From a virus (taxonomy: Duplodnaviria; Caudoviricetes): a stretch of 36,399 bases of DNA. The position numbers and the translations under genes were made by a program. The notes under the pieces are model-generated. The model searched no databases and was not told the origin of the DNA. It saw only the letters and a program-made list of their open reading frames with translations. The first letter of the stretch is position 1, and each line of letters starts with the position of its first letter. The stretch lies in IMG/VR virus record IMGVR_UViG_3300044262_000006, positions 1 to 36,399 of that record; one strand, 5' to 3'. Positions 25,022 to 35,625 of the stretch are shown piece after piece.

Positions 25022-26244
25022 CAATTTTGCGCATAGACACTCCAGAGTGGGCGCTTCCACTGCTTGAGCCTGCCAGATATAAGGGCGCGTTTGGTGGGCG
25101 CGGGTCTGGGAAGTCGCATACATTCGCAGAAATGATGATCGAGGAGCACATCGTTGACCAATCCAGCCGGTCGGTTTGCGTGCGCGAGGTGCAGAAATCA
25201 CTTGCGCAGTCCGTTAAAAGGCTGCTCGAGCTGAAGATTGAATCAATGAATGCCGGCGCTTACTTCGAGGTGCAGGAAGCTGTTATCAAATCAAAAAAAG
25301 GGGACGGCATGATAATTTTTCAGGGTATGCAAAACCATACAGCTGACTCCATAAAATCACTCGAGGGGTATAATCGCGCCTGGTGCGAAGAAGCTCAGAG
25401 CTTATCGCAACGCAGTTTAGACTTGCTACGCCCAACAATACGCAAGCCTGGTTCTGAGTTGTGGTTCACGTGGAATCCAAATCAGTCTAGTGATCCAGTT
25501 GACCAACTATTGCGCGGCAGTAAACCACCACCAGACTCTGTTGTGCTTGAAGTTAACTTTGAAAATAACCCATGGTTCCCCGACGTGCTCCGGGCTGAAA
25601 TGGAATACGACCTGGCGCGTGACCCCGACAAATATGCACACGTCTGGCGCGGCGCATATCTGCAAAACAGCACGGCGCGCGTTTTCAAAAATTGGCGCGT
25701 CGAGGACTTCGAAGCGCCGCCAGACGCAATCCACCGGCTCGGCGCAGACTGGGGATTTGCTAACGATCCAACCGTGCTTGTGAGGTGCCATATAGTAGGC
25801 CGCACGCTGTACATCGACCACGAGGCGTATATGGTCGGCTGCGAAATTATGAACACGCCAGACCTATTCATGACCGTTCCAGGCGCAGAAAAATGGCCGC
25901 TCGTTGCCGATAGCTCTAGGCCAGAAACAATCAGCCACATGCGCAAGAACGGTTTTCCGAAGATCATGCCGGCAGTAAAGGGTAGGGATTCAGTTGTAGA
26001 GGGAGTGGAATGGCTAAAGAGTTACGATATTGTCGTGCACCCACGTTGCACTCACACTATTGACGAGCTTACTTTTTTCAGCTACAAGACCGACCCGCTA
26101 ACAAATAAAATCCTGCCAGTGCTACAAGACAAACAAAACCACGTCATTGATGCACTGCGATACGCATGCGAAGGTGTAAGGCGCGCAGCGGCTGTAAAGC
26201 GGGACGTAAACTTCAAACCGTTGCCAGTTGCGCACAAATGGTAA
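25018..26244 (+). CDS. terL: Terminase large subunit (PBSX family)
   Basis: GGRGSGKS, WCEEA, TWNP, ADWGF..DP, NHVIDALRYA. Confidence 0.95.
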   Translation: MTILRIDTPEWALPLLEPARYKGAFGGRGSGKSHTFAEMMIEEHIVDQSSRSVCVREVQKSLAQSVKRLLELKIESMNAGAYFEVQEAVIKSKKGDGMIIFQGMQNHTADSIKSLEGYNRAWCEEAQSLSQRSLDLLRPTIRKPGSELWFTWNPNQSSDPVDQLLRGSKPPPDSVVLEVNFENNPWFPDVLRAEMEYDLARDPDKYAHVWRGAYLQNSTARVFKNWRVEDFEAPPDAIHRLGADWGFANDPTVLVRCHIVGRTLYIDHEAYMVGCEIMNTPDLFMTVPGAEKWPLVADSSRPETISHMRKNGFPKIMPAVKGRDSVVEGVEWLKSYDIVVHPRCTHTIDELTFFSYKTDPLTNKILPVLQDKQNHVIDALRYACEGVRRAAAVKRDVNFKPLPVAHKW

Positions 26245-26272
26245 CATCGCCGAATTCACTAAGGGCTAACAC

Positions 26273-28333
26273 ATGGCGCGCGTCCCAAAAGAACAGTACC
26301 TAGCTAACCTCCACGCTGAGGCTTTGGCTGAGTTTGACAACATTCAATCAGCGTTGCGCGACGAGCGCCTACAGTGCCTTCAGGATCGCAGATTCTACAG
26401 CCTGGCAGGAAGCCAATGGGAAGGGCCACTAGCTGACCAGTACGAAAATAAGCCTAAGTTCGAGGTGAACAAGGTCCATCTCTCCGTTATCCGCATCATT
26501 AACGAGTACAGAAACAATCGCATCACAGTTACATTTACAAGTAAAGAAGGCGAAGAGCACGACAAGCTGGCTGATACCTGCGCCGGCCTATATCGTGCAG
26601 ACGAGCAGGATAGCGTTGCCGATGAGGCATACGATAACGCATTCGAGGAGGCAGTCGGCGGCGGGTTTGGAGCATGGCGCCTGCGCACAGTTTACGAAGA
26701 TGAAGAAGACCCAGGCGACGAGCGGCAGCGCATAAAAATCGAGCCGATCTTCGACGCAGACTCATCAGTTTTCTTTGATCTTGGAGCAAAGCGGCAAGAT
26801 AAGTCCGACGCAAAGCGTTGCTTTGTTGTAACGGCAATGACGCGCGATGCCTATAAAGATGAGTTTGGAGACGACCCTACTAGCTGGCCGAAAATCATCC
26901 ACCAATACGAGTTTGATTGGTGTACGCCGGATGTTGTTTATGTTGCAGAGTATTACAGGATAGAGGAAAAGACCGAAACAATCCGCATCTTCACCACCGT
27001 TACCGGCGACGAAGAGCGATACACGCAGGCAGACTTTGAAAAAGATGACGGCCTTGAAGAATCGTTAGCAGCCGTAGGCACTACCGAGACGCGCCAAAAG
27101 AAAATCAAAGTTAAACGTGTGCGCAAGTACATCATGTCTGGCGGCAAAATACTAGAAGACTGCGGGTATATCGCAGGCAAGTGTATTCCTATCGTGCCAG
27201 TCTACGGCAAGCGCTGGTTCGTAGATAACGTCGAGCGCTGCATGGGGCACGTGCGCCTGGCCAAGGATGCACAGCGCCTGAAGAATATGCAGCTATCTAA
27301 GCTTGGCGAGATTAGCGCGCTTTCTAGTGTTGAAAAGCCGATCCTAACGCCAGAGCAGGTCGCAGGGCATCAGGTCATGTGGGCAGAGGATAACTTAAAA
27401 GACTACCCGTATCTGTTAATTAACCCTATCACAGACCAGAACGGGAATCAGGTTGCAGGCGGCCCGGTAGCCTATACAAAACCGCCAGTAGTTCCGCCTG
27501 CTATGGCCGCGCTCTTGCAGATCACCGAGACCGACATGCAGGACATTCTTGGCAACCCAGCCGGTGCCGACAAGATGGTGAGCAACATCTCAGACAAGGC
27601 TGTTGAGATGATTCAGGCCAGAGTCGATGGCCAAGCCTTCATCTACATGAGCAACTTTGCCAAGGGCATGAAGCGGGCTGGCGAAATTTGGCTATCTATG
27701 GCCAAAGATGTATACGGCGAGAGCGGTAGAAAGATGAAGGTGGTAGAGGAAACCGGAGACGTTGGAGCGGTCGAGCTTGGAAGGCCTGCTGTAGACCCTG
27801 AAACCGGGGAAATTAAGCTAGAAAACGATGTCGCCGAAGCCAAATTCGATGTGGTGGCAGAGGTTGGCCCGTCCAGCAGCAGCAAGCGATCCGCTACAGT
27901 GCGAGCCATCACCGGGATGATGGCCATCACCCAGGACCCAGAAACAGCGCAAGTGCTGCAAGCTATGGCCATGATGAACATGGAAGGCGAGGGCATCAGT
28001 GATGTGCGCGATTACTTCCGCATGAAACTGCTAAAAATGGGCGCGGTCAAGCCTACAGAGAAAGAGGCCGAGAAGTTGATGGCAATGGCTCAGGGCCAAG
28101 GGCCAGACCCGCAATCTGCTGCGCTCATGGCGATGGCTGAAGAATCGACAGCGAAGGCGGCCAAGGCGCGGGCAGATACAGTTAAAACCATTGCAGATGC
28201 TGAGCTGAGTAGAGCTAAAACGCTAGAAACTATGTCTAACGTAGACATTAACGCACAGGACCATGCTGTAAACTTAGCAAAACAGATTGGCGTAGGTGTT
28301 ATTGCGCAGCGGCCAAACCTACCGGCAATGTAA
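26273..28333 (+). CDS. Portal protein, P22-like
   Basis: 686 aa after terL; GSQWEG, IPIVPVYGKRWFVDNVERCMGHVRLAKDAQRL; C-terminal helical barrel. Confidence 0.92.
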   Translation: MARVPKEQYLANLHAEALAEFDNIQSALRDERLQCLQDRRFYSLAGSQWEGPLADQYENKPKFEVNKVHLSVIRIINEYRNNRITVTFTSKEGEEHDKLADTCAGLYRADEQDSVADEAYDNAFEEAVGGGFGAWRLRTVYEDEEDPGDERQRIKIEPIFDADSSVFFDLGAKRQDKSDAKRCFVVTAMTRDAYKDEFGDDPTSWPKIIHQYEFDWCTPDVVYVAEYYRIEEKTETIRIFTTVTGDEERYTQADFEKDDGLEESLAAVGTTETRQKKIKVKRVRKYIMSGGKILEDCGYIAGKCIPIVPVYGKRWFVDNVERCMGHVRLAKDAQRLKNMQLSKLGEISALSSVEKPILTPEQVAGHQVMWAEDNLKDYPYLLINPITDQNGNQVAGGPVAYTKPPVVPPAMAALLQITETDMQDILGNPAGADKMVSNISDKAVEMIQARVDGQAFIYMSNFAKGMKRAGEIWLSMAKDVYGESGRKMKVVEETGDVGAVELGRPAVDPETGEIKLENDVAEAKFDVVAEVGPSSSSKRSATVRAITGMMAITQDPETAQVLQAMAMMNMEGEGISDVRDYFRMKLLKMGAVKPTEKEAEKLMAMAQGQGPDPQSAALMAMAEESTAKAAKARADTVKTIADAELSRAKTLETMSNVDINAQDHAVNLAKQIGVGVIAQRPNLPAM

Positions 28334-28337
28334 CTAT

Positions 28338-28367
28338 GCGGCATCCACCCGGCCGCTTCAATGGGTG
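28338..28367 (+). promoter_or_regulatory. H-type pseudoknot candidate in scaffold gene leader
   Basis: Stem 1 GCGGC/GCCGC; loop CACCC pairs with downstream GGGUG. Confidence 0.5.
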
Positions 28368-28385
28368 AGTTTAGTGGGGTTATCA

Positions 28386-29279
28386 ATGGCAACGGCAGAC
28401 GATCAAGACCAGGAAACTATCGAAAACATCGAAGCAACTGAGGAAGATTCCGATTCACAGGCAGAAGGCGAAATTGGTGAGCAACTGGTGGAGTCTGAAG
28501 GCGAAGAAGCGGCTGGTTCCGAAGAGAAAGCGGAAGATGATGCAGATGAGGTAGTGGTCTCAATCGGTGAGGAATCGCCCCCTCAAGAAGAAAAGGCTCC
28601 TGCGCCTGAATGGGTGCGTGAGTTGCGTAAATCTAACAGGGAGAAAGAACGTCGAATCAGGGAGCTAGAGGCAAAACTTACTTCACCTGCTACTGAGTCA
28701 AAGCCGGTAGCAGTTGGTGAGAAGCCAAAACTAGAGTCCTACGATTACGACACGGAAAAGTTCGAGGCTGCTATAGCTGATTGGTACGAGCGAAAGCGCG
28801 TAGCGGATCAGCGTGCCGAGCAACAACGCCTAGCTGATAAGGCTATGCAGGATGCTTGGCAGGAAAAACTAACGGCCTACAGCCAAGCGAAAACCGCGCT
28901 TAAGGTGCGTGACTTCGAGGATGCGGAAGAAACTGTTACCGAAACCCTCGACGTAACGCAACAGGGCGTGGTTCTGCAAGGTTCGGATAATCCGGCTCTG
29001 GTTGTTTACGCGCTCGGCAAAAACCCTAAGAAGGCCAAAGAGCTTGCCAGCATCAAAGACCCCGTAAAGTTTGCTTTCGCGGTAGCGAAACTGGAGAAAG
29101 ATTTGAAAGTGACGAACCGTAAGGCAGCACCGCCGCCCGAGCGCACGGTACAGGGTACTGGCCGCGTGTCTGGGGCAGTTGACTCAACTCTAGAACGGCT
29201 GCGAGCTGAAGCCGAAAAGACTGGCAACTACACCAAAGTAGTCCAGTACAAACGGCAAAAGCAAGCCGCTAAAACTTAA
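28386..29279 (+). CDS. Scaffolding protein, P22 gp8-like
   Basis: Acidic N-terminus, coiled coils, basic C-terminal LERLRAEAEKTGNYTKVVQYKRQ; between portal and coat. Confidence 0.85.
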   Translation: MATADDQDQETIENIEATEEDSDSQAEGEIGEQLVESEGEEAAGSEEKAEDDADEVVVSIGEESPPQEEKAPAPEWVRELRKSNREKERRIRELEAKLTSPATESKPVAVGEKPKLESYDYDTEKFEAAIADWYERKRVADQRAEQQRLADKAMQDAWQEKLTAYSQAKTALKVRDFEDAEETVTETLDVTQQGVVLQGSDNPALVVYALGKNPKKAKELASIKDPVKFAFAVAKLEKDLKVTNRKAAPPPERTVQGTGRVSGAVDSTLERLRAEAEKTGNYTKVVQYKRQKQAAKT

Positions 29280-29302
29280 CCCATTGAAAAGGAACCAACA
29301 CC

Positions 29303-30577
29303 ATGGCTAACGCTTTTAACAAAGAAGAGAGGGTTGCATTTGAAAACCTGCTCGAGGGCTTTCACGACGCCCTAGTGCTCTCCAAGAACGTCAACGTCTA
29401 CAGCACCGATCAGACGATGATGGCCCGCACCAATGACGTGATCTGGCGGCCGATGCCTTATATCGCGCAGTCGATCACTTCGACCCCAGGCAACACCATT
29501 GCCGGCTCGTATCAGGATATGACCCAGCTTTCTGTGCCGGCCACCATCGGCTATAGCAAGACTGTGCCGTGGACCATGACCACGCTTGAGCTGCGTGACG
29601 CGCTGCAAGAGGGGCGCCTTGGCGATGCGGCAAAGCAAAAGCTGGCCAGCGATATTAATTTGGCCATCATGAACGCCGCAGCTAACCTGGGTTCGCTGGT
29701 GGTTGACATCGGCACCGCCGCTGGCGATTATGATGACATCGCCCTATGCGATAGCATCATGAACGAACAGGGCGTGGCCAACTACGACCGCTTCCTAGCG
29801 CTGTCAAGCCGCGATTACAACGGCCTGGCCGGCAATCTTGCTGCTTCCACCCGTTCGTTCACTGGCACCAAATCAGCGAACGCCTACGAGCGCAGTCATG
29901 TTGGCATGGTTGCCGGGTTCGACACTTTCAAACTTGACTACGCCAACCGCCTTACTGGCGCAGGCGGCGGCGCAACATTGATCGACACCCAAGCGGCTGC
30001 CGGTAACTACTACGTGCCCGCAGCCATTTCTACCGCCGGCACTGGCGAGGTGTCAAACGTAGACAACCGCTATCAAACCATCACGGTGGACAACACCGTC
30101 GGCGTGGCTGCTGGCGATGCGTTCACCATCGATGGTTCAGAGGCTGTACACCATATCACTAAACAGGGAACCGGGCAGCCTAAAACATACCGCGTGGTAA
30201 GTGTGACCAACGGCACGCAGATGGTCATCACGCCGCCCATCATCTCGGCGCAGGGCGGCTCTGATGCAGAGCTTCAATATCAAAACTGCATTATTACCCC
30301 AGCAGCGAATGCGCCTATCACTTGGCTTAACGTGAACACCGCCTCGGTGAACGTGTTTTGGCAAAAGGATGCGCTGGAACTGCTGCCTGGACGGTATGCG
30401 ATCCCATCTGATGCTGGCACCGCAGTGATGCGCGCCAGCACCGAGCAAGGCATTGAGTTGGTCATGCAAAAGTTCTATGACATCGATTCAATGACGATCA
30501 AATATCGCCTTGATACGCTGTTCGGCGTTGTGAATAAGCAACCCGAGATGTCTGGCATCCTGCTATTCAACCAGTAA
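29303..30577 (+). CDS. Major capsid protein, P22 coat (gp5) family
   Basis: 424 aa; IWRPMP, KLASDIN, YRLDTLFGV..QPEMSG; AAGGA RBS. Confidence 0.92.
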   Translation: MANAFNKEERVAFENLLEGFHDALVLSKNVNVYSTDQTMMARTNDVIWRPMPYIAQSITSTPGNTIAGSYQDMTQLSVPATIGYSKTVPWTMTTLELRDALQEGRLGDAAKQKLASDINLAIMNAAANLGSLVVDIGTAAGDYDDIALCDSIMNEQGVANYDRFLALSSRDYNGLAGNLAASTRSFTGTKSANAYERSHVGMVAGFDTFKLDYANRLTGAGGGATLIDTQAAAGNYYVPAAISTAGTGEVSNVDNRYQTITVDNTVGVAAGDAFTIDGSEAVHHITKQGTGQPKTYRVVSVTNGTQMVITPPIISAQGGSDAELQYQNCIITPAANAPITWLNVNTASVNVFWQKDALELLPGRYAIPSDAGTAVMRASTEQGIELVMQKFYDIDSMTIKYRLDTLFGVVNKQPEMSGILLFNQ

Positions 30578-30586
30578 CTAGGCAAT

Positions 30587-30609
30587 GGGGAGGGGCTCCG
30601 CCTCTCCCC
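30587..30609 (+). terminator. Hairpin after capsid gene
   Basis: GGGGAGGGG-CTCCG-CCTCTCCCC; no immediate U-tract. Confidence 0.5.
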
Positions 30610-30630
30610 TAACACTTTGAAAGGGTAAAA

Positions 30631-31236
30631 ATGAGTCAGGTACTCTATCCGGGCGCCTCTGTTACTGTATCAGTAGCAGCGAGCGATAAGATTGCGCTGT
30701 ACAGCGACGGAAGCTATGTGCTGACTGAGACTGTAGGCTATCCAAATTTCCCGACGACCACTGATGAAATTTCGTCGGTGCAAAGCGGATCGCTTACTAC
30801 TTCTGCATTTTCAGCAGCGCAAGACGTAACGATCAAATCCACCGGCGTTTTCCCGGTGTTCTATGAGATCGGCACTGCGGCGGTTGTGCAAGGGTTGCGC
30901 GGCCAAGTAACTCAGGGCGCTCCAAACGCACTGAATGCTACCGGCGCCCTTACTGCTGCCATGATCCTGGGCGGTATCGTCACATCAACCACCGCTGCAG
31001 GCGTTACGGCAACTCTGCCAACCGGAGCTGTTCTAGATGCTGCGTCATCGTTCGACGTAGATGATGCTATTGATTTCAGCGTTATCAACACTGGCCCAGA
31101 CACCTTCACGGTTACCGCCGCTGTTTCCGGGCACACTGTGATCGGCAATATGGCTGTGACCACTGGTAGAACTGGGCGCTTTCGCACACGCAAGACCGCC
31201 GCAGATACGTTTGTCACATATTCATTGGCAAACTAA
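30631..31236 (+). CDS. Putative capsid decoration protein
   Basis: Thr/Ala/Gly-rich beta protein directly after coat gene. Confidence 0.55.
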   Translation: MSQVLYPGASVTVSVAASDKIALYSDGSYVLTETVGYPNFPTTTDEISSVQSGSLTTSAFSAAQDVTIKSTGVFPVFYEIGTAAVVQGLRGQVTQGAPNALNATGALTAAMILGGIVTSTTAAGVTATLPTGAVLDAASSFDVDDAIDFSVINTGPDTFTVTAAVSGHTVIGNMAVTTGRTGRFRTRKTAADTFVTYSLAN

Positions 31237-31245
31237 CGAGGCTCA

Positions 31246-31278
31246 GGACGGGCTATAATCTAGCCCGTCCATTTTTTT
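31246..31278 (+). terminator. Rho-independent terminator
   Basis: GGACGGGCTA-TAATC-TAGCCCGTCC then ATTTTTTT. Confidence 0.9.
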
Positions 31279-31288
31279 GGGGTTGACC

Positions 31289-31462
31289 GTGCCTCTTGCT
31301 AAGGGTTATTCGCGCAAATCAATAGGCAAGAACATTGCCAAAGAAGTGAATGCTGGCATGCCGCAGAAGCAGGCTATAGCTGTTGCTTTAAGTGTGGCGC
31401 GCAAGGCAGCAAAAGATGCTGGCAAGCCAGATAAGGCGCCAAAGAAAAAGGGGAAGAAATGA
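31289..31462 (+). CDS. Small basic conserved phage protein
   Basis: (M)PLAKGYSRKSIGKNI..E...G.PQKQAIAVALS; GTG start. Confidence 0.75.
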   Translation: MPLAKGYSRKSIGKNIAKEVNAGMPQKQAIAVALSVARKAAKDAGKPDKAPKKKGKK

Positions 31463-31917
31463 AACGATTTGCCTCGTTCGTATATCGCGCGCCTGGGCAC
31501 ATAATTCGCGGCGGGCGCTGCTATGAAATCATGCCAGTGCAAACGCAGGGCGAGCTTGATATGCGGCTAGCGTCAGGCTGGCACGCCACACTGCAACAGG
31601 CATTTGATGCGGCTGGAGATGCGGCACTGGTGAAATCGATCAATAAGCGCGCCAAATGGCGTAAACCGAAGGGCTGGAAGAAGGAAAAGAAGCCGTCCAA
31701 GCCAATCGATGGCGTGAACCGCAGGGCGCTTATGCATAGGGTAGAGGCGGCAATTGAGCACGTAGAGCCAGAGCCAGAGCTAGCGCGCATTGAAGATGAC
31801 GCAGAGCCTACGCGCGAAGAGCTGGAAGCTAAGGCGGCCGAGCTTGGCATCAAATTTGATGGCAGAACGTCTAAAAAAAAACTCAACAGGCTAATTGATG
31901 AAGCTCTCGCGGGGTAG
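31459..31917 (+). CDS. Hypothetical protein with C-terminal HeH/LEM-like motif
   Basis: PTREELEAKAAELGIKFDGRTSKKKL. Confidence 0.7.
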   Translation: MKRFASFVYRAPGHIIRGGRCYEIMPVQTQGELDMRLASGWHATLQQAFDAAGDAALVKSINKRAKWRKPKGWKKEKKPSKPIDGVNRRALMHRVEAAIEHVEPEPELARIEDDAEPTREELEAKAAELGIKFDGRTSKKKLNRLIDEALAG

Positions 31918-31919
31918 CC

Positions 31920-32402
31920 ATGGGGTATAGCAAAAGACAGTTTGTCATGGCGGCGTTCGAGGAAATCGGGCTAGCGTCATATGCCTTTGACTTGCAGCCG
32001 CAACAGCTTGAGTCTGCTTTGCGCAGACTAGACGCCATGCTCGCATCGTGGAATGCGCTCGGCGTTAGGCTTGGCTATCCGATCCCATCTAGCCCGCAGT
32101 TTAGTGATATTGATGCGGCATCAGAGGTGCCGGATAGCGCTAACGAAGCGATTATCACGAACTTGGCGGTAAAGCTTTCCCCTAGTTATGGCAAGCAGCT
32201 TATGCCTGAAACCAAGGCCACAGCAAAAGAAACTTACAACACGCTGTTGTCTCGAGCCGCCATGCCGCCAGAGCAGCAATTACCTGGCACGTTGCCCGCT
32301 GGCGCTGGCAATAAACCGTGGCGTATTGCTGACGATCCATTCCTAAACCGGCCAATAGATTCAATTTTGGCCGGTAACGATGGCCAAATAGACTTTAACT
32401 AA
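31920..32402 (+). CDS. Head-tail adaptor, P22 gp4-like
   Basis: ALRRLDAMLASW...LGY...NLAVKLSPSYG...P.GAGNK. Confidence 0.85.
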   Translation: MGYSKRQFVMAAFEEIGLASYAFDLQPQQLESALRRLDAMLASWNALGVRLGYPIPSSPQFSDIDAASEVPDSANEAIITNLAVKLSPSYGKQLMPETKATAKETYNTLLSRAAMPPEQQLPGTLPAGAGNKPWRIADDPFLNRPIDSILAGNDGQIDFN

Positions 32403-32410
32403 GGGTTTCC

Positions 32411-32866
32411 ATGCCGCAAATTAACCAACTACCGTTGTTATCTCAGGTGTCGTCAGGCGATCAATTGCCGGTGTATAGCCCGAGCAATGGTGACGCTAGG
32501 CGATTGCCGATCAGCTCCTTGTTGCAATACTTCCAGCAGACATTCGCCAGCCCAACGCTAGCCACCAATGTCTACACGCCGGGGACCGGGTTCAATATTA
32601 CTGTGCCGACCCCTGTTGATGAACAGCAATGGATATTGCTGCAGCCTGCTGGCACACTGGCCACTGGCACCGTCACACTGCCGCTTAACACGAGCACGCC
32701 AGACGGCACCGAGGTGCTGGTTACAACTACACAGGACATAACAGCGTTCACGCTGGCGCTTAACGGAGCGGTAGCTGCATATGGCGATCCTGCCGCGCTT
32801 CTAGCGGAGGAATTTTTCCGTATGCGGTTCGTGGAGTCTCTGAATAGCTGGTACAGGATCGCGTAG
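32411..32866 (+). CDS. Virion structural protein
   Basis: QPAGTLATGTVTLP...DGTEV...WYRI; in tail operon. Confidence 0.6.
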   Translation: MPQINQLPLLSQVSSGDQLPVYSPSNGDARRLPISSLLQYFQQTFASPTLATNVYTPGTGFNITVPTPVDEQQWILLQPAGTLATGTVTLPLNTSTPDGTEVLVTTTQDITAFTLALNGAVAAYGDPAALLAEEFFRMRFVESLNSWYRIA

Positions 32867-32868
32867 CG

Positions 32869-34272
32869 ATGCAGGTGCCTATCCTCAGCGGGATATTTTC
32901 GGACAACAGTCCAGACCTTCGCACGTCCTACCCGGTAAACCTTATTCCTGTGCCGAAAGAATCAGGAATCAGCAGCGGATACCTGCGCCCAGCAGACGGC
33001 ATTATTTCATCTGGCACAGGGCCTGGAACAGATAGAGGCGGCATAAACTGGAACGGAATTTGTTACCGCGTCATGGGCACAAAGTTGGTCACGGTGGCCA
33101 ATGACGGCACTGTCACAACCTTGGCAGACGTTGGCGGACCTACTGGGGAGCTTGTAACGTTCGACTACAGCTTCGATAGGCTCGCCATCGCTTCAGGCGG
33201 CAGGCTCTACTACTGGGACGGCGCGCTCACTCAGGTGACCGATCCAGACCTAGGTATTGTGCTCGATGTGGTGTGGGTTGATGGGTACTTCATGACCACC
33301 GATGGCACTAATCTGATAGTCACCGAGCTTAGCGATCCAACGCAGGTCAATCCGCTTAAATATGGCTCGTCTGAGGCCGATTCAGACCCGGTAGTTGCTC
33401 TACTGAAATTGCGCAATGAGATTTACGCGCTCAATCGATACACCATTGAGGTGTTCGATAACGTAGGCGGCGACACGTTCCCGTTCCAGCGCATTGACGG
33501 AGCGCAGATTCAAAAAGGCGTAGTAGGCACGTTTGCGTGCTGCGTCTACATGGAGGAGATAGCCTTTCTTGGAAGCGGCCATAACGAGCAGCCAGGAATT
33601 TACATAGGCGCCAACGCGCAGGCGCAGAAGATCAGCACGCAGGAAATTGACGAGCTTCTATTAGATTACACAGAGGCACAACTATCAGAGGTGAAATTAG
33701 AGGCCAGGAATGATAAAAGTCACCAGCACCTATATATCCATCTGCCTGACCGCACTTTGGTTTACGATGCTGCAGCCAGCCAGGCGACTGGGCAACAGGT
33801 TTGGGTTATGCTCACTTCAAGTTATTCAGGGTTCGGCCAATACAGGGCGCGCAATATCGTATGGGCCTACGACAAATGGCTCGTAGGCGATCCGCAATCT
33901 AGCGCTATTGGGTATTTCACGCAGACAGTAGGCAGCCACTGGGGGCAGACTGTGCGTTGGGAATTCGGCACGCTTATCGTTTACAACGAAGGCAGGGGCG
34001 CAATTATCAATGCGCTAGAGCTAGTGTCGCTTACTGGTCGCGTTGCGCTTGGGGTCAATCCAATCATCACGACGAGCTACTCTACAGACGGGCTTGCATG
34101 GAGCCAGGACAGACAAATCTATGTCGGCACAATAGGCGACACAAGCAAGCGGCTAGTGTGGTTCCAGCAGGGCCATATGAGGAACTGGCGCATCCAGCGG
34201 TTCAGAGGTGACAGCCAAGCGCACTTGTCATTTATCCGTCTTGAGGCTCAAATTGAGCCGTTGGCCTACTGA
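32869..34272 (+). CDS. Tail hub / DNA stabilization protein, P22 gp10-like
   Basis: 467 aa; PVNLIPVPK....GYLR, YRVMGTKL, DGYF; synteny. Confidence 0.88.
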   Translation: MQVPILSGIFSDNSPDLRTSYPVNLIPVPKESGISSGYLRPADGIISSGTGPGTDRGGINWNGICYRVMGTKLVTVANDGTVTTLADVGGPTGELVTFDYSFDRLAIASGGRLYYWDGALTQVTDPDLGIVLDVVWVDGYFMTTDGTNLIVTELSDPTQVNPLKYGSSEADSDPVVALLKLRNEIYALNRYTIEVFDNVGGDTFPFQRIDGAQIQKGVVGTFACCVYMEEIAFLGSGHNEQPGIYIGANAQAQKISTQEIDELLLDYTEAQLSEVKLEARNDKSHQHLYIHLPDRTLVYDAAASQATGQQVWVMLTSSYSGFGQYRARNIVWAYDKWLVGDPQSSAIGYFTQTVGSHWGQTVRWEFGTLIVYNEGRGAIINALELVSLTGRVALGVNPIITTSYSTDGLAWSQDRQIYVGTIGDTSKRLVWFQQGHMRNWRIQRFRGDSQAHLSFIRLEAQIEPLAY

Positions 34273-35279
34273 TGGCGAAGCAGAAACTAAACCTGACGCG
34301 CGATCAGCTTGCGTCTTTCCTAAAGAATCACGAGCAGATAAAGCAGTTCGAGAGGCTTTTTGCTATTGCTGACGAGGTGCAGCAGTCTGGCGATACGAAC
34401 GGCATAGACATTCAGGCCGGCAACGCTGAGGCTACGGCCACTGAGGCACTGGCGCTGATTGCTAATCTGGCGCAGGTGTCAGCAATCAACGCATCTGCGG
34501 CAGACCAGAAGGCCGTGCAAGCACTAGATACGCTAGGCAGAATTGCCAACGCGCTAGAGATGCTAGCTGCAGCGCCAGTTGCGCAGAACAATAACTCAGT
34601 GGTGACAGACTATATAGACTTGCCAGAGGATGGCCCTCACGTAACACGAGAGCGCCGCGTGCAGTGGAACAGTGACGACGGCACAATAGATGTCGGCTTG
34701 TACGGCGGCGAGGCGTTGCAGGTAGGCCAGGAGATTCTATATTATTCGAAAAACACAAGCGGCTCACTTGTGCCTAAGGGCACGCCAGTCATGTTTTCTG
34801 GAACTGTCGGCGCATCAGGAAAGCTAACGTTTGGGCTCGCTGTGGCCGACGGGTCAGTCCCTTCCGATTACATGATGGGCGTTACAAGCCAGGACATTGA
34901 CGACGGCGAATTCGGGTATATCGCGCACTTTGGCATGGTGCGAGGCTTTAACACAACCGGAACGCCATACGGCGAAGTTTGGGTGGATGGGGATTTTCTG
35001 TATTTTGACCCAGCAGCCCCAGGAACATGGACAAACGTCCAGCCGCAAGCGCCTAATATCGATGTCCCAGTTGCCGCCGTTGTAAATGCTGCTTCTGGCG
35101 GGTCAGGATCGATATTTGTGCGGATGACAATCGCAGAATCGCTTAACCGTCTGCAAGACGTATATATAGACACTGGCACGCCATCTGATTTTGATGTTCT
35201 AGTATATGATTCGGCTCAATCAAGATGGGAAAACAAGCCTGCATCCGCCGTGCAGGTGCTTGAATGGCTGAGCATGTAA
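34272..35279 (+). CDS. Tail needle-like protein (gp26 position) with extended C-terminal domain
   Basis: N-terminal coiled coil then beta-rich domain; follows gp10-like gene. Confidence 0.55.
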   Translation: MAKQKLNLTRDQLASFLKNHEQIKQFERLFAIADEVQQSGDTNGIDIQAGNAEATATEALALIANLAQVSAINASAADQKAVQALDTLGRIANALEMLAAAPVAQNNNSVVTDYIDLPEDGPHVTRERRVQWNSDDGTIDVGLYGGEALQVGQEILYYSKNTSGSLVPKGTPVMFSGTVGASGKLTFGLAVADGSVPSDYMMGVTSQDIDDGEFGYIAHFGMVRGFNTTGTPYGEVWVDGDFLYFDPAAPGTWTNVQPQAPNIDVPVAAVVNAASGGSGSIFVRMTIAESLNRLQDVYIDTGTPSDFDVLVYDSAQSRWENKPASAVQVLEWLSM

Positions 35280-35615
35280 ATGCCCTATCAAAACATCACT
35301 CCGGTTAAGCTGGGCCAAGCCGCAATTACTCTTGCCGTCACGACGCTATACACCGTGCCGGCAAGCACGCGCACGCTCGTAAAAGAAATGAGCATTGCCA
35401 ACACCACTGCAGCCGCGATTAACGTCAATGTATTCCTGGTGCCTTCGGCTGGGGCTGCTGCTGTAGGCAACGCATTTCTATATAACATGGCAGTCCCAGC
35501 TAACAGCACATTGCAGTATAACGGCATTCAGGTGTTGGATGTTGGCGACACAATTCAAATCCAAGCGGCCGCGCTTGGTCTGACCATCACAGCAAGCGGC
35601 GCAGAGGCTATTTAA
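35280..35615 (+). CDS. Small beta-sandwich virion protein (paralog A)
   Basis: TLYTVPA...IANTT...VLDVGDTI...LTITASG.E. Confidence 0.7.
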   Translation: MPYQNITPVKLGQAAITLAVTTLYTVPASTRTLVKEMSIANTTAAAINVNVFLVPSAGAAAVGNAFLYNMAVPANSTLQYNGIQVLDVGDTIQIQAAALGLTITASGAEAI

Positions 35616-35625
35616 GGGGTAGAAA

